Positions 9,754 through 18,739 of a stretch of 64,000 nt of DNA are shown piece after piece. Source of the stretch: Candidatus Woesebacteria bacterium GW2011_GWB1_38_8b (lineage in GTDB: Bacteria; Patescibacteriota; Microgenomatia; UBA8517); contig LBVN01000008.1 of assembly GCA_000993115.1 (NCBI GenBank), forward strand, positions 1,099-65,098. The letters are read 5' to 3'. How positions within the stretch are numbered: the first letter of the stretch is position 1; each line of letters starts with the position of its first letter. The notes beneath the pieces were generated by a model. That model worked only from the letters and a program-made list of their open reading frames with translations. It was not told the origin of the DNA and searched no databases. A program made the position numbers and the translations under genes.

Positions 9754-10522
9754 TAAAATCATAAAAACAAAAAAATCGGGCGACAATATGGAAAAATATT
9801 TGACAGAAATGAAAGAATTACCGTTAGCCCAAGATGAAGAGCCGCAAGCTAAGCTCGTGGAAAAACCAGCTCCTGAAAAAGAGCCCGATGTAAAAAATGA
9901 TGTTAAATCAAAGCCTATTGAACCACCTGTTGCAAGTGAAAAACCCGAAAAAACTGACAAAAAGAAAACGATGAAAGAAGTACGGTCAAATACTGAAGTT
10001 AATGGAAAACCTTATTCGGTTCGCGATGTTGTTTTGGGAGTAGTTAATGTTGTTGCAATTGCGCTTTTGTTTTTTATTCTTACAAAAATTCCGGCGAAAG
10101 TAGAAGAATATAAAAAATTAAACCTGGAAATTCAGAAATATTCGGAAAAACCGGAAGTCGGGCGGTTTCAGATTGAACAAAATAAAGAAAAGTATGAAAA
10201 ACTTAATTCGGCATTTTTGATCGAAACTAAAATTGTAAATTTTGTTAACGCTATTGAAGAAATAAAAACGGAAGGGTCGTCGATTTCAAAAATTACTTTT
10301 ACAAATGAATCGGCAGTAAAAGATAAAACGGGTAATTTAGGATACCCCCTTATTATAGATCTTACGGGAACATGGGAAGCGATTTCGCTAGATTTGGAAA
10401 AAATCGATAGGCTGCCATACCTTTTTCGGGTAGTGAGAGTCGAATCGGAAAAATTAGTTGATAACGTGATACTCTTAAAATACGGAGGAGTTTTATATGT
10501 TGAAGACACTGGAAAAAATTGA
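9743..10522 (+). CDS. PilO-like bitopic pilus assembly protein (tentative)
   Basis: 259 aa. AGGAGG RBS at 9731-9736 and an 11-nt overlap with pilMN. It has an E/K/P-rich cytoplasmic tail, one TM and a C-terminal ~140-aa domain. The call rests on position and topology only. Confidence 0.45.
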   Translation: MSSNKIIKTKKSGDNMEKYLTEMKELPLAQDEEPQAKLVEKPAPEKEPDVKNDVKSKPIEPPVASEKPEKTDKKKTMKEVRSNTEVNGKPYSVRDVVLGVVNVVAIALLFFILTKIPAKVEEYKKLNLEIQKYSEKPEVGRFQIEQNKEKYEKLNSAFLIETKIVNFVNAIEEIKTEGSSISKITFTNESAVKDKTGNLGYPLIIDLTGTWEAISLDLEKIDRLPYLFRVVRVESEKLVDNVILLKYGGVLYVEDTGKN

Positions 10523-10730
10523 CAAGTTTTATTTATTATATATTTCGGTCATGGTTATAATGGCGGGAATTGCAATTTATACGTTTCAGTCATTATTTAA
10601 ATCGTTTATTGATCTTAATGAGGTGGTTAGCGATGCGAGTTCACAGGATTCTAGGGTGAATGAGCAGCAGCTGGATGAGGCATACGATTTTGTATTTAGT
10701 AAAAATCCGGTTAAACTTGAAATTAGATGA
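10497..10730 (+). CDS. small membrane protein of the pilus operon
   Basis: 77 aa with GGAGG upstream and one TM. It overlaps both neighbours, with an ATGA junction to the pilin gene. Confidence 0.4.
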   Translation: MLKTLEKIDKFYLLYISVMVIMAGIAIYTFQSLFKSFIDLNEVVSDASSQDSRVNEQQLDEAYDFVFSKNPVKLEIR

Positions 10731-11191
10731 AAACTTTTATCAAAGGTTTTACTTTAATAGAATTATTGGTGGTAATTGCAATAATTAGTATATTGACGAC
10801 ATCCCTTGTGGTTGCAATTAATCCGGCAAGACAAATGGCAAAAGCCAGGGATTCACAGCGGGAATCTCATTTAACCGCGATTGTGTCGGCAATCTTGCAG
10901 TATTCATCGGAGCACACAGGAGAAATTCCGGACACTGATGGGGACCCGGATACAAATAATTTTCCCACCACTGCGACCTGTATTGGTACAGATGTTTCCT
11001 GCTTTAATTTAGGTGGTGCCGGGGAAACCGGTGAAACAATTGTCCCTGACTACACTTACGAAATTCCGTTTGATCCGAAAACAGGGAATCCTCCTGATGA
11101 TACCGGTTACACAATATTCGCTGATGAAAATGGATATATTCATGCGGCTGCGGTTGGCGAAGCGGTTCCCACAATTTCAATAGTCAGGTAA
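10727..11191 (+). CDS. type IV pilin (probable major pilin)
   Basis: MKTFIKG/FTLIELLVVIAIISIL is a class III signal peptide with Glu+5. 154 aa, with a Cys pair in the C-terminal region. Confidence 0.85.
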   Translation: MKTFIKGFTLIELLVVIAIISILTTSLVVAINPARQMAKARDSQRESHLTAIVSAILQYSSEHTGEIPDTDGDPDTNNFPTTATCIGTDVSCFNLGGAGETGETIVPDYTYEIPFDPKTGNPPDDTGYTIFADENGYIHAAAVGEAVPTISIVR

Positions 11192-11314
11192 CGCGTTGAC
11201 TTTACTATAAGCATCATTAGTCGAACATACATTTGATTCACTAAGTCAGCAGTGTCGAAATTTACAAAACCTCTAACTGCTTAATTAATGGGTATTAAAA
11301 TAGGAATATAGTTT

Positions 11315-11323
11315 TGATATAAT
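11315..11323 (+). promoter_or_regulatory. extended -10 element TGATATAAT; predicted near-leaderless transcript for the 11338 operon
   Basis: Same 9-mer as upstream of rnpB. It ends 14 nt before the ATG at 11338, and no Shine-Dalgarno lies in between. Confidence 0.4.
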
Positions 11324-11337
11324 TCACTTCTAACAAG

Positions 11338-12360
11338 ATGTTAGACAATTTTCGAGCATCCTTAGAAGATTTTAAGCAGTTTAAAAAATTCGATTTGATT
11401 GAGGATAAAATTAAATTTATTTTGAACTACGCAATTCTTGCTCCGTCGACCCATAATTCACAACCCTGGTTATTTAGAATAGTTGATTATAGTTGTGAAA
11501 TATATAAAAATCCTGAAAAACAGCTTCCGGAAGCTGATGTTGACGGTAGAGATTTGTATATATCATTAGGTTGTTGTATTGAAAATCTGAAAATTGCAGC
11601 ATCTTATTTTGGGATTTATAAATCAACAAAGTATGCGAGTAAAAACAACAGGAATTTGGTCGCAACGATTTACTTTGAAATTAATCAGGTTAAATTCAAC
11701 GAACAATACCAAAAACTCTTAAAGGCAGTCGTATATAGATTAAACGTTAGGGGGTTGTTTAGTAAAAAAAATCTTGACAATGGTGATCTGAGTGTACTGC
11801 GAAAAATAAACAACCTGGGAATAACAGTCAATTTTATTACCGATAAGACCAAACTTAAGAAGATAGCCGACCTTACCGCTAAAGGATTACGTTTGGCACA
11901 CTCTAAACAAGATTTCAAAGATGAAATGTCCAGGTGGGTGAACAACAATTTTTCAAAACGAAGAGAAGGAATACCTGGTTATTCTCTGCGGATGCCGAAT
12001 TTATTTTCGATTGCATTTCCTTTGTTAATAAGAAGATTTAATATGGGTAAAAAACTATCTGGTCTAAATTACATAAGTATGATGTCAGCGCCAGTTGTTT
12101 GTGTTGTCTCCAGCAAGTCTGATAATCCCGAAGGTTGGTTAGGAGTAGGACAATTGTCGGAGAGAATAATGCTCGAATCTTATAATCGTGGGCTAAGAAC
12201 ATCAATCTTTGTTGCATCAATTGAAATAGACGATTTGTACAAAGAAATTCAAAAGCTTTTAGGTTTAAAGGATAGGCCGCAATTTGTTTTTTGTATTGGC
12301 TACATGAAGCTGAACCAAAAATATACTCCTCGTTTACCACTTCAAGACAAACTTCTATGA
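11338..12360 (+). CDS. nitroreductase-superfamily FMN oxidoreductase, two-domain Acg-like type
   Basis: 340 aa. N-terminal APSTHNSQPWLF motif plus DxxGRDLYISLGC. Length and layout resemble Acg/Rv2032-type double nitroreductase folds (from memory). Confidence 0.75.
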   Translation: MLDNFRASLEDFKQFKKFDLIEDKIKFILNYAILAPSTHNSQPWLFRIVDYSCEIYKNPEKQLPEADVDGRDLYISLGCCIENLKIAASYFGIYKSTKYASKNNRNLVATIYFEINQVKFNEQYQKLLKAVVYRLNVRGLFSKKNLDNGDLSVLRKINNLGITVNFITDKTKLKKIADLTAKGLRLAHSKQDFKDEMSRWVNNNFSKRREGIPGYSLRMPNLFSIAFPLLIRRFNMGKKLSGLNYISMMSAPVVCVVSSKSDNPEGWLGVGQLSERIMLESYNRGLRTSIFVASIEIDDLYKEIQKLLGLKDRPQFVFCIGYMKLNQKYTPRLPLQDKLL

Positions 12361-13433
12361 AATTGTTAACAAAAAAATACTTAAAAAGTTTTTCTGATTA
12401 TGATGATCATTTATTTGTCTTTAAGGAAGAAGATAAGCAAAGCGGTCTTTTTGCATATGTGGCAATTCATAATAACAATTTGGGTCCAGCCACTGGTGGA
12501 ACCAGAGTCTTTAATTATTTATCAGAAAAGGACGCGATAACCGATGCATTAAGATTGTCTCGAGCAATGACGTATAAAGCAGCGTTGGCTGGAGTGGGTT
12601 TTGGGGGAGGTAAAGGAGTTATTTATTTACATAAAGGTGAGAAAAAGAATAAACAAATGATGCAAAGATATGCAAAGTTTATTAATGATATAAACGATAC
12701 TTATTGCGAATATACTACCGGAGAAGATGTTGGCCTTGATCAAGAAGATGTAGAATTAATGACGGAAACGTCAAAATTTATAGTCGGCTCGAAAGGCAAA
12801 GCTGGTGATCCGTCTCCTTTTGCAGCCCTTTCCTGTTATTATGCCATCAAAGAGTCAGTAAATTTTTTGCTTAAGAAAAAAAATCTAAAGGGAACTAAAG
12901 TTGCTGTAAAAGGGGTGGGTAAAGTAGGTAGTGTTTTAGTTGATTTTCTTGTTGAAGAAGGTTGTGCTGTTTATATTTCGGATATTAACAGAAACGCAAT
13001 TGACGATGTTAAAAGAAAATACCCAAATGTAATTTCAGTTGAAAATTACGAAATTAGTAAGTTGGATGTTGATATTTATTCACCTTGTGCAATGGGTGGA
13101 GAGTTTACAAATGTAAATGTGAATAACCTAAATTGCAAAATAATATGCGGCGCAGCAAATAATCAATTAGTTTCCCCAAACGTAGGCAATTCTCTAAAAG
13201 AAATAGGAATTTGGTACATTCCCGACTATGTAACTAATTGCGGCGGATTGATTAATGTGATTGATCAATTAGAAAGCTCTGGTTATAAAAAGGAAAGGGT
13301 TACAAAAAGAATAATTAAAGTTAAAAAGACGGTCGCGGAAATTTTACGAAAGTCCTTAGTTGAAAACATCCCCACTAATTTGATTGCTGACTCTATGGCC
13401 CAAGAAAAGATTTTTGCAAAACATGGGAAATAA
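12357..13433 (+). CDS. Leu/Phe/Val dehydrogenase (Glu/Leu/Phe/Val dehydrogenase family)
   Basis: Start at the ATGA overlap (12357). The sequence aligns by eye along its whole length with Bacillus LeuDH: GPATGGTRVFNY, catalytic-Lys box GFGGGKGVI, Rossmann VKGVGKVGS, AANNQL, PDYVTNCGGLINV. Confidence 0.85.
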   Translation: MKLLTKKYLKSFSDYDDHLFVFKEEDKQSGLFAYVAIHNNNLGPATGGTRVFNYLSEKDAITDALRLSRAMTYKAALAGVGFGGGKGVIYLHKGEKKNKQMMQRYAKFINDINDTYCEYTTGEDVGLDQEDVELMTETSKFIVGSKGKAGDPSPFAALSCYYAIKESVNFLLKKKNLKGTKVAVKGVGKVGSVLVDFLVEEGCAVYISDINRNAIDDVKRKYPNVISVENYEISKLDVDIYSPCAMGGEFTNVNVNNLNCKIICGAANNQLVSPNVGNSLKEIGIWYIPDYVTNCGGLINVIDQLESSGYKKERVTKRIIKVKKTVAEILRKSLVENIPTNLIADSMAQEKIFAKHGK

Positions 13434-14922
13434 TATTACATACAACAAACTAATACGAGACTTGGAAAACCGAGATAGTAGTTATTGGATGAGAGTTAGA
13501 GAAAAAGAAGTGCTAGATTTGTTTAATCGCGCTTCGAAAAATGTTCCCGCGTACAAAAAGTTTTTGAAAGATAATGAAATAAATTCGGAACTTATAAGGT
13601 CCTGGTCAGATTTTCAGAAAGTACCATTTGTTAACAAGGAAAATTATTTAAAAAAGTACAGGTATAACGAACTTTATTGGAACGGTAGTTTGAAAAGTCC
13701 ATTTGTTTATACAGCGACATCGGGGTCAACTGGCGAACCTTTTTATTTTGCGAGAAACGAAGATCTGGATTACAAACACTCAATAATTACAGAAGAAATT
13801 TTGAGATTGGATTATTCTGATGATAAAACACCGATACTTTTTGTGGACGCATTTGGAATGGGTATTTGGATTGGTGGACTTATAAACTACAAAGCGATGG
13901 AACTTGTCGCAAAGCGAGAGAATTTACCAATTTCAATAGTTACTCCCGGAATTAACAAAAACGAGATAATCAATATCTTTCGATATGTTGCCCCAAATTA
14001 TAAACAGATAATTATTGCCGGATACCCGCCATTTATAAAAGATATACTGGATGAGTTGGAAGGTGCGAAGATAAATTTAGGTAAATATAATATGCGCATA
14101 ATATTTGCAGCAGAAAATATTACGGAACCGTTTAGAGATTACGTTGCCAAAAAAGCAAAAGTTAAAAATATATATAAGGATATTGTGAACATTTACGGTA
14201 GTGCCGAATTGGGTGCAATGGCAAAGGAATCTCTGTTGAGTACGCTAGTTAGAAGAGCAACTAATGGTAATAAACAAACTTCGGAACAAATATATTCTCA
14301 ATCAATGAAAACACCAACCGTTGCTCAATTTATCCCGTATTTTACAAACTTTGAAGAAGTAGACGGGAAAGTGTTAGTGACTGGAGACAGTGCACTTCCA
14401 CTTATCAGGTATGACATTGGAGATAATGGAGGAGTAATTTCTTATGACGAAATGGAAATAAGGCTAGCAAGACAAAAAATAAGACTTGATGAGGAAATAA
14501 AAAAAGTCGGACTTTCAAAATTCAACTATAAACTGCCATTTGTCTATATTTACGAGAGAAGTGATTTTTGTATAAAGTTACACCTTCATGATATTTACCC
14601 TGAAATAATTAGGGATGCATTATTTTCTTCAAAAGTGAACGGTGACCTGACCGGTAAATTTACTATGACGACAAAGTATAATACCCAACACATTCAATAT
14701 TTAGAGTTAAATTTGGAACTGAAAAAGGGTAAAGTTGAAAACAAACGCCTATCCGAGGTAGTTCAAGTAGAAGTTTTACATGCGTTAAAGAAAAAAGCTT
14801 CAGGACCCGGTAACATTAATGAGCTAGTTAAGAAACCGGGTTTGGTCGAAGTATTTTTTTGGGCATACGAAGACCCTACTTATTTTAAACCAGGGACTAA
14901 ACAAAAATGGATAACACGATAG
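13423..14922 (+). CDS. PaaK / coenzyme F390 synthetase-like adenylate-forming enzyme
   Basis: Start MGNNITY at 13423, overlapping the upstream gene by 11 nt. It has the AMP-binding core motif TATSGSTGEPFYF and a length of ~499 aa. Substrate unknown. Confidence 0.7.
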   Translation: MGNNITYNKLIRDLENRDSSYWMRVREKEVLDLFNRASKNVPAYKKFLKDNEINSELIRSWSDFQKVPFVNKENYLKKYRYNELYWNGSLKSPFVYTATSGSTGEPFYFARNEDLDYKHSIITEEILRLDYSDDKTPILFVDAFGMGIWIGGLINYKAMELVAKRENLPISIVTPGINKNEIINIFRYVAPNYKQIIIAGYPPFIKDILDELEGAKINLGKYNMRIIFAAENITEPFRDYVAKKAKVKNIYKDIVNIYGSAELGAMAKESLLSTLVRRATNGNKQTSEQIYSQSMKTPTVAQFIPYFTNFEEVDGKVLVTGDSALPLIRYDIGDNGGVISYDEMEIRLARQKIRLDEEIKKVGLSKFNYKLPFVYIYERSDFCIKLHLHDIYPEIIRDALFSSKVNGDLTGKFTMTTKYNTQHIQYLELNLELKKGKVENKRLSEVVQVEVLHALKKKASGPGNINELVKKPGLVEVFFWAYEDPTYFKPGTKQKWITR

Positions 14923-15980
14923 AAAAACCAAAAATTTTTCCTGAAGGTCATTATAGATTCGATGAAATAAATAAATATATCAAAAAGAATAGACCCGTAT
15001 TAGTTGATGTTTACGACAACCAGCTTCAAGAATTGTATGAAATAAACAATGCCGATAAAATTTTTGACAAGAACTTTGCAGAAAATAAACAAAAGTTTGC
15101 GAAAAAAATGTCGGCTGACACCTCGGGGGGAAGTTGGATTTACTTTGGTTGGAATAATTTATTTATACATATACTTAATGAGAAAGATTATTACAAACTT
15201 AGGACAAACAGGAACAGAAATCTAATCTCCCAAAATGAGCAGTTAAAACTAAAAGGTGCACGGATTGGTGTTGTTGGTTTGTCAATTGGAGCGGCGTTCG
15301 CGAGAAATTTGGTGCAACAAGGCATCGGAAAATATTTAAAGTTGGCTGAATTTGATGATTTAGCAACTTCGAATTTAAACAGGATATTTGCGCGGTCGTA
15401 TGAAATTGGACAACCAAAACTTGGATTAATTGCTAAACAGATTTACGAGATAGATCCTTATTGGAATTTGGAGTTATATCCACAAGGATTAGATGAGTTG
15501 AACTTTAATAATTTTCTTATGAAGCCTTTTGAAGTCGATGTAATATTAGAGGCGATTGATAATTTAAAAATAAAAATTAAGCTCCGAATAACTGCCCGGC
15601 AAAATAAAATTCCAGTAGTGATGTTTACTAATTTGGGTGATAGCGTAATGATCGATGTAGAAAGGTTCGATTTAAATTCAAATGTCGACTTATTTAACGG
15701 AATAATCGGAGATGTCCCTGAAAAAATTCTCAAGGACGAAATCGATCCAAAAAACATAAATAAATATGTCACAGAATTGGTGAGTGTGGCAAATACACCA
15801 AAAAGAGCATTGGACTCATTGGCTCTAATAGGTAAAGAGTTGGTTGGTAGGCCACAACTTTCGTCTTCAGTTAATATTTCCGGAGGACTCGCTTCGTATG
15901 TCTGCAGAAAAATAATTCTAAAAGAAAATCTGCCGAGCGGGAGATTTATTCTGAAATTTGACTCTATATTTAAAAACTAA
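14907..15980 (+). CDS. ThiF/MoeB/HesA-type E1-like protein
   Basis: 357 aa with a 16-nt overlap with the upstream gene. The Rossmann segment ARIGVVGLSIGAAFARNLVQQGIGKYLKLAEFDDLATSNLNR is typical of the ThiF family. No C-terminal rhodanese or CxxC pairs noted. Confidence 0.7.
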   Translation: MDNTIEKPKIFPEGHYRFDEINKYIKKNRPVLVDVYDNQLQELYEINNADKIFDKNFAENKQKFAKKMSADTSGGSWIYFGWNNLFIHILNEKDYYKLRTNRNRNLISQNEQLKLKGARIGVVGLSIGAAFARNLVQQGIGKYLKLAEFDDLATSNLNRIFARSYEIGQPKLGLIAKQIYEIDPYWNLELYPQGLDELNFNNFLMKPFEVDVILEAIDNLKIKIKLRITARQNKIPVVMFTNLGDSVMIDVERFDLNSNVDLFNGIIGDVPEKILKDEIDPKNINKYVTELVSVANTPKRALDSLALIGKELVGRPQLSSSVNISGGLASYVCRKIILKENLPSGRFILKFDSIFKN

Positions 15981-16018
15981 TCCTTTTTCTTTTAACTTGG
16001 GGTGTTAATATTTTATAT

Positions 16019-17614
16019 ATGTCGGTGCTGTTCCCACAATTGTCTTTGTGGTTGCTAATTATTGTTGCAGCTATTAATTTTACCCTATCAGCCTTTGTTT
16101 TTAGTAGTAACCCTAAAAGTTCGACGAATAAAATCTTTGCCTTTTTGGGTGTAATAATTACTTTTTGGTTGGTGAATATGTACTTGTCGCTTCAAAATTA
16201 TTCACCCCAAATTAGCATTTGGTTAATCCGGCTAAGCGTCTTTTTTGCGTCTGGAATAAACGGACTTTTTGTTTTGTTAGCCAACGTTATGCCCGACGAA
16301 AAAATAAGTTTAAAAAAAGAAAAGCTATTGACACTTCTTATCTCAACCTTGACTGTTATGTTTTTATGTTTATCAAATCTAATTTTCAAAACTGTTAACG
16401 TTGGTGCAAACGGTGGGGCCTCGCCTGTTCCTGGTATGTTAATTTTTATCTTTCCATTATTTATAGTTACAACATCAATAGCATGTTTTTATGTATTCAT
16501 CAGAAGGATATCAGGTTCCGACGAAAATGTACGCAAAAAGTTGTCAGTAGTGTTTGTCGGTATTTTGTTAATGTTGCTCTTTGTTGTGGTGACAATTGTA
16601 ATCCCGGTAACTGTTAGTCAAAACTCATACTTCGTACAATTTTTCCCACTATACACATTATTTTTTACAGGTTTAACAGCTTATGCGATTATCAAACACA
16701 ATCTTTTTAGCGTAAAAGTATTTGCAACTCAAGCTATAACTATTGTAATTTGGATTGTACTTCTCGCAAAACTATTTGTCACAAAAAATAGTTACGAATT
16801 TTTTTTAGACGCAGTTGTGTTTTTAGTGATGGTTGTATTTGGAGTCGTTTTAATTAAAAGTGTAATTGTTGAGATTGAACAGCGAAAGAAATTGGAAGAA
16901 CTGACACAAAAACTGAAAGACCTGGATCAGCAAAAGAATGAATTTATTTCGATGGCTGCACATGAACTTCGCGCTCCTATGACTGCCATAAAAGGCTATA
17001 TCTCTATGATTTTGGAAGGTGATACCGGAGATATTCCCGAAAAAGCACGCGGGTTTTTGGCGGATGCAACTTCAATAAATGACCGAATGGTTCGGTTGGT
17101 TAACAATATGTTAAACGTTAGCCGAATTGAGGAAGGGAGAATGTCATTTCAGTTTGATACAGACGAGCTTTCCCGTGTTGTACGGACAGTATACAGTCAG
17201 TTTTTGCCGGAAGCACAGCGCAAGAGCCTAGAGTATAAATTGGATATTTCCAAGGAAATTAAAGATAGGGTTTATGCTGATATTGATAAACTGCATGAAA
17301 TTGCAGGCAACCTCATTAGTAATGCAATTAAATATACGGAAACAGGAAGTGTTATTGTCCGCCTTGTTCAAAAAGACGCCGGCACAATCCGGTTTGAAGT
17401 TGTAGATACGGGACCGGGAATATCATCTGAGGAACAGGTTAAACTTTTCCAGAAATTTTACAGGGTTGAATCAAATGTTGGGAAAACTACAGGGACGGGG
17501 TTGGGGCTTTATATATCCCGACTTATGATTGAGAAATTCAATGGAAAAATTGGCCTTGATTCCGAGCCGGGGAAAGGAAGTATATTTTGGTTTGAATTAC
17601 CGGTTGTGGCGTGA
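16019..17614 (+). CDS. sensor histidine kinase with N-terminal 7-8 TM sensing domain
   Basis: H-box SMAAHELRAPMTAI, with N/G boxes NAIKYT, DTGPGI and GTGLGL. About 280 aa of polytopic membrane domain precede a coiled coil. Confidence 0.85.
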   Translation: MSVLFPQLSLWLLIIVAAINFTLSAFVFSSNPKSSTNKIFAFLGVIITFWLVNMYLSLQNYSPQISIWLIRLSVFFASGINGLFVLLANVMPDEKISLKKEKLLTLLISTLTVMFLCLSNLIFKTVNVGANGGASPVPGMLIFIFPLFIVTTSIACFYVFIRRISGSDENVRKKLSVVFVGILLMLLFVVVTIVIPVTVSQNSYFVQFFPLYTLFFTGLTAYAIIKHNLFSVKVFATQAITIVIWIVLLAKLFVTKNSYEFFLDAVVFLVMVVFGVVLIKSVIVEIEQRKKLEELTQKLKDLDQQKNEFISMAAHELRAPMTAIKGYISMILEGDTGDIPEKARGFLADATSINDRMVRLVNNMLNVSRIEEGRMSFQFDTDELSRVVRTVYSQFLPEAQRKSLEYKLDISKEIKDRVYADIDKLHEIAGNLISNAIKYTETGSVIVRLVQKDAGTIRFEVVDTGPGISSEEQVKLFQKFYRVESNVGKTTGTGLGLYISRLMIEKFNGKIGLDSEPGKGSIFWFELPVVA

Positions 17615-17616
17615 AG

Positions 17617-18264
17617 CTAACCCCTGCTTCGGGTGATTACGAAAATAAGTCCGATTAAACCAAGAAGCGCAACTCCTGCAATAACACTTGATCTTTTAAG
17701 ACCGATCAGTAATTTTTCTCTGGTTGTAAGAGCAGGTACAGTCTTCTCAGGGGTACCGGAAGGGTTTTGTACCTGAGTATTTTTCCCCGTTTCGCCGCTC
17801 GTTACAACTTGCGTTGGAAATGGTGTAGACAAACCTTGCAGAAACGGCACGTCTTTGACTGTTCCAAACATAACCGTTCTATTTCCCGGTTCTTTTATTT
17901 TATCGTTTGGCTCTAAGGTTACAAAAAGCTGCGAAAAGGGTGTTTTTGTGTTAAAAAATACTTCACCTTGCGCGAGGGAGCCAAGTTTTACAACATCACC
18001 TGCATTTCTTGACCATAAAATATACTGGCTGTTATTCTCATCGGCGGGGTAGATCAGATTCCTACAGGTAACCAGAACATGGTACTGCGCAGTGGATAAT
18101 AGTGTTGATAGCGCATAACATCTTGTCTCTCCACCTACTGTATTTTCGAGTTCAAACTCTCCTTTTGAAGCAGACGCTCTTTTAGTCGAGAAGGAAAAAA
18201 TAACTGAAAAAACAATTATAAAAGTGGCAAGTTTTATTAAAACTCTCATATTAACAGTATACAA
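17617..18264 (-). CDS. secreted, C-terminally anchored protein with RskA-C-like domain (tentative)
   Basis: Signal peptide (alternative start M6), then YILWSRNAGDVVKLGSL...VTLEPNDKIKEPGNRTV, which resembles the extracytoplasmic domain of anti-sigma-K RskA. There is a C-terminal TM ending in TRSRG. Confidence 0.5.
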   Translation of the reverse strand: MYTVNMRVLIKLATFIIVFSVIFSFSTKRASASKGEFELENTVGGETRCYALSTLLSTAQYHVLVTCRNLIYPADENNSQYILWSRNAGDVVKLGSLAQGEVFFNTKTPFSQLFVTLEPNDKIKEPGNRTVMFGTVKDVPFLQGLSTPFPTQVVTSGETGKNTQVQNPSGTPEKTVPALTTREKLLIGLKRSSVIAGVALLGLIGLIFVITRSRG

Positions 18265-18301
18265 ATATTTACTTCTTGAGTATATAATAACATGTAGTGA
18301 T

Positions 18302-18739
18302 ATGGCAGACGATATTCAACCAACCGCCCCACAAGTAAAACCGGAAATACAAAAACCTCAAAGCGAGACGAAGGTTGCAACAATTCTCATTGTAGAGGAT
18401 GATCCTGTTCTTCTTAAAATGTATTCCGAAAAATTTACGTTCGAGGGTTTCTCGGTTCTGAATGCCAGAGACGGTGAGGAAGCTTTGAAAGTTGCAACAA
18501 CCCAGAAAGCAAATATTATCTTACTCGATATAATGCTCCCCAAAATGAGCGGAACTGACTTTCTAGAGAAATTCCGAAATACACCAAACGGGAAAACCAC
18601 TCCGGTTTTGGCGCTGACTAATTTAGCTGAGGAGGCTGAAAAACAAAAAGCCCTAGGACTCGGTGTCAAAGAATATTTAGTTAAAGCAATGCAAACCCCG
18701 GAGCAAGTTGTAGAAAAAGTTAAAAAATATATTGCTTAG
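18302..18739 (+). CDS. single-domain response regulator (receiver only, CheY-like)
   Basis: Start MADDIQ at 18302; the ORF-track extension overlaps the divergent gene. Receiver motifs ILIVEDD and IILLDIMLPKMSG are present, with no output domain. Confidence 0.85.
   Translation: MADDIQPTAPQVKPEIQKPQSETKVATILIVEDDPVLLKMYSEKFTFEGFSVLNARDGEEALKVATTQKANIILLDIMLPKMSGTDFLEKFRNTPNGKTTPVLALTNLAEEAEKQKALGLGVKEYLVKAMQTPEQVVEKVKKYIA

Noticed and set aside
9577-9960. 127-aa minus-strand ORF spanning the pilMN / pilO-like junction
   Set aside because: It is antisense to two RBS-supported plus-strand genes, and its S/G/F-rich translation is typical of a shadow of K/E-rich coding sequence.
12291-12356. N-terminal extensions given by the ORF track (also 13384, 18224, 26308, 45066, 60954, 61633, 6362, 8302, 25717, 59773)
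   Set aside because: The extensions overlap the preceding gene or a divergent gene and translate to non-native-looking sequence. Internal ATGs give family-typical N-termini and ATGA/short-overlap coupling, so the shorter models were used.
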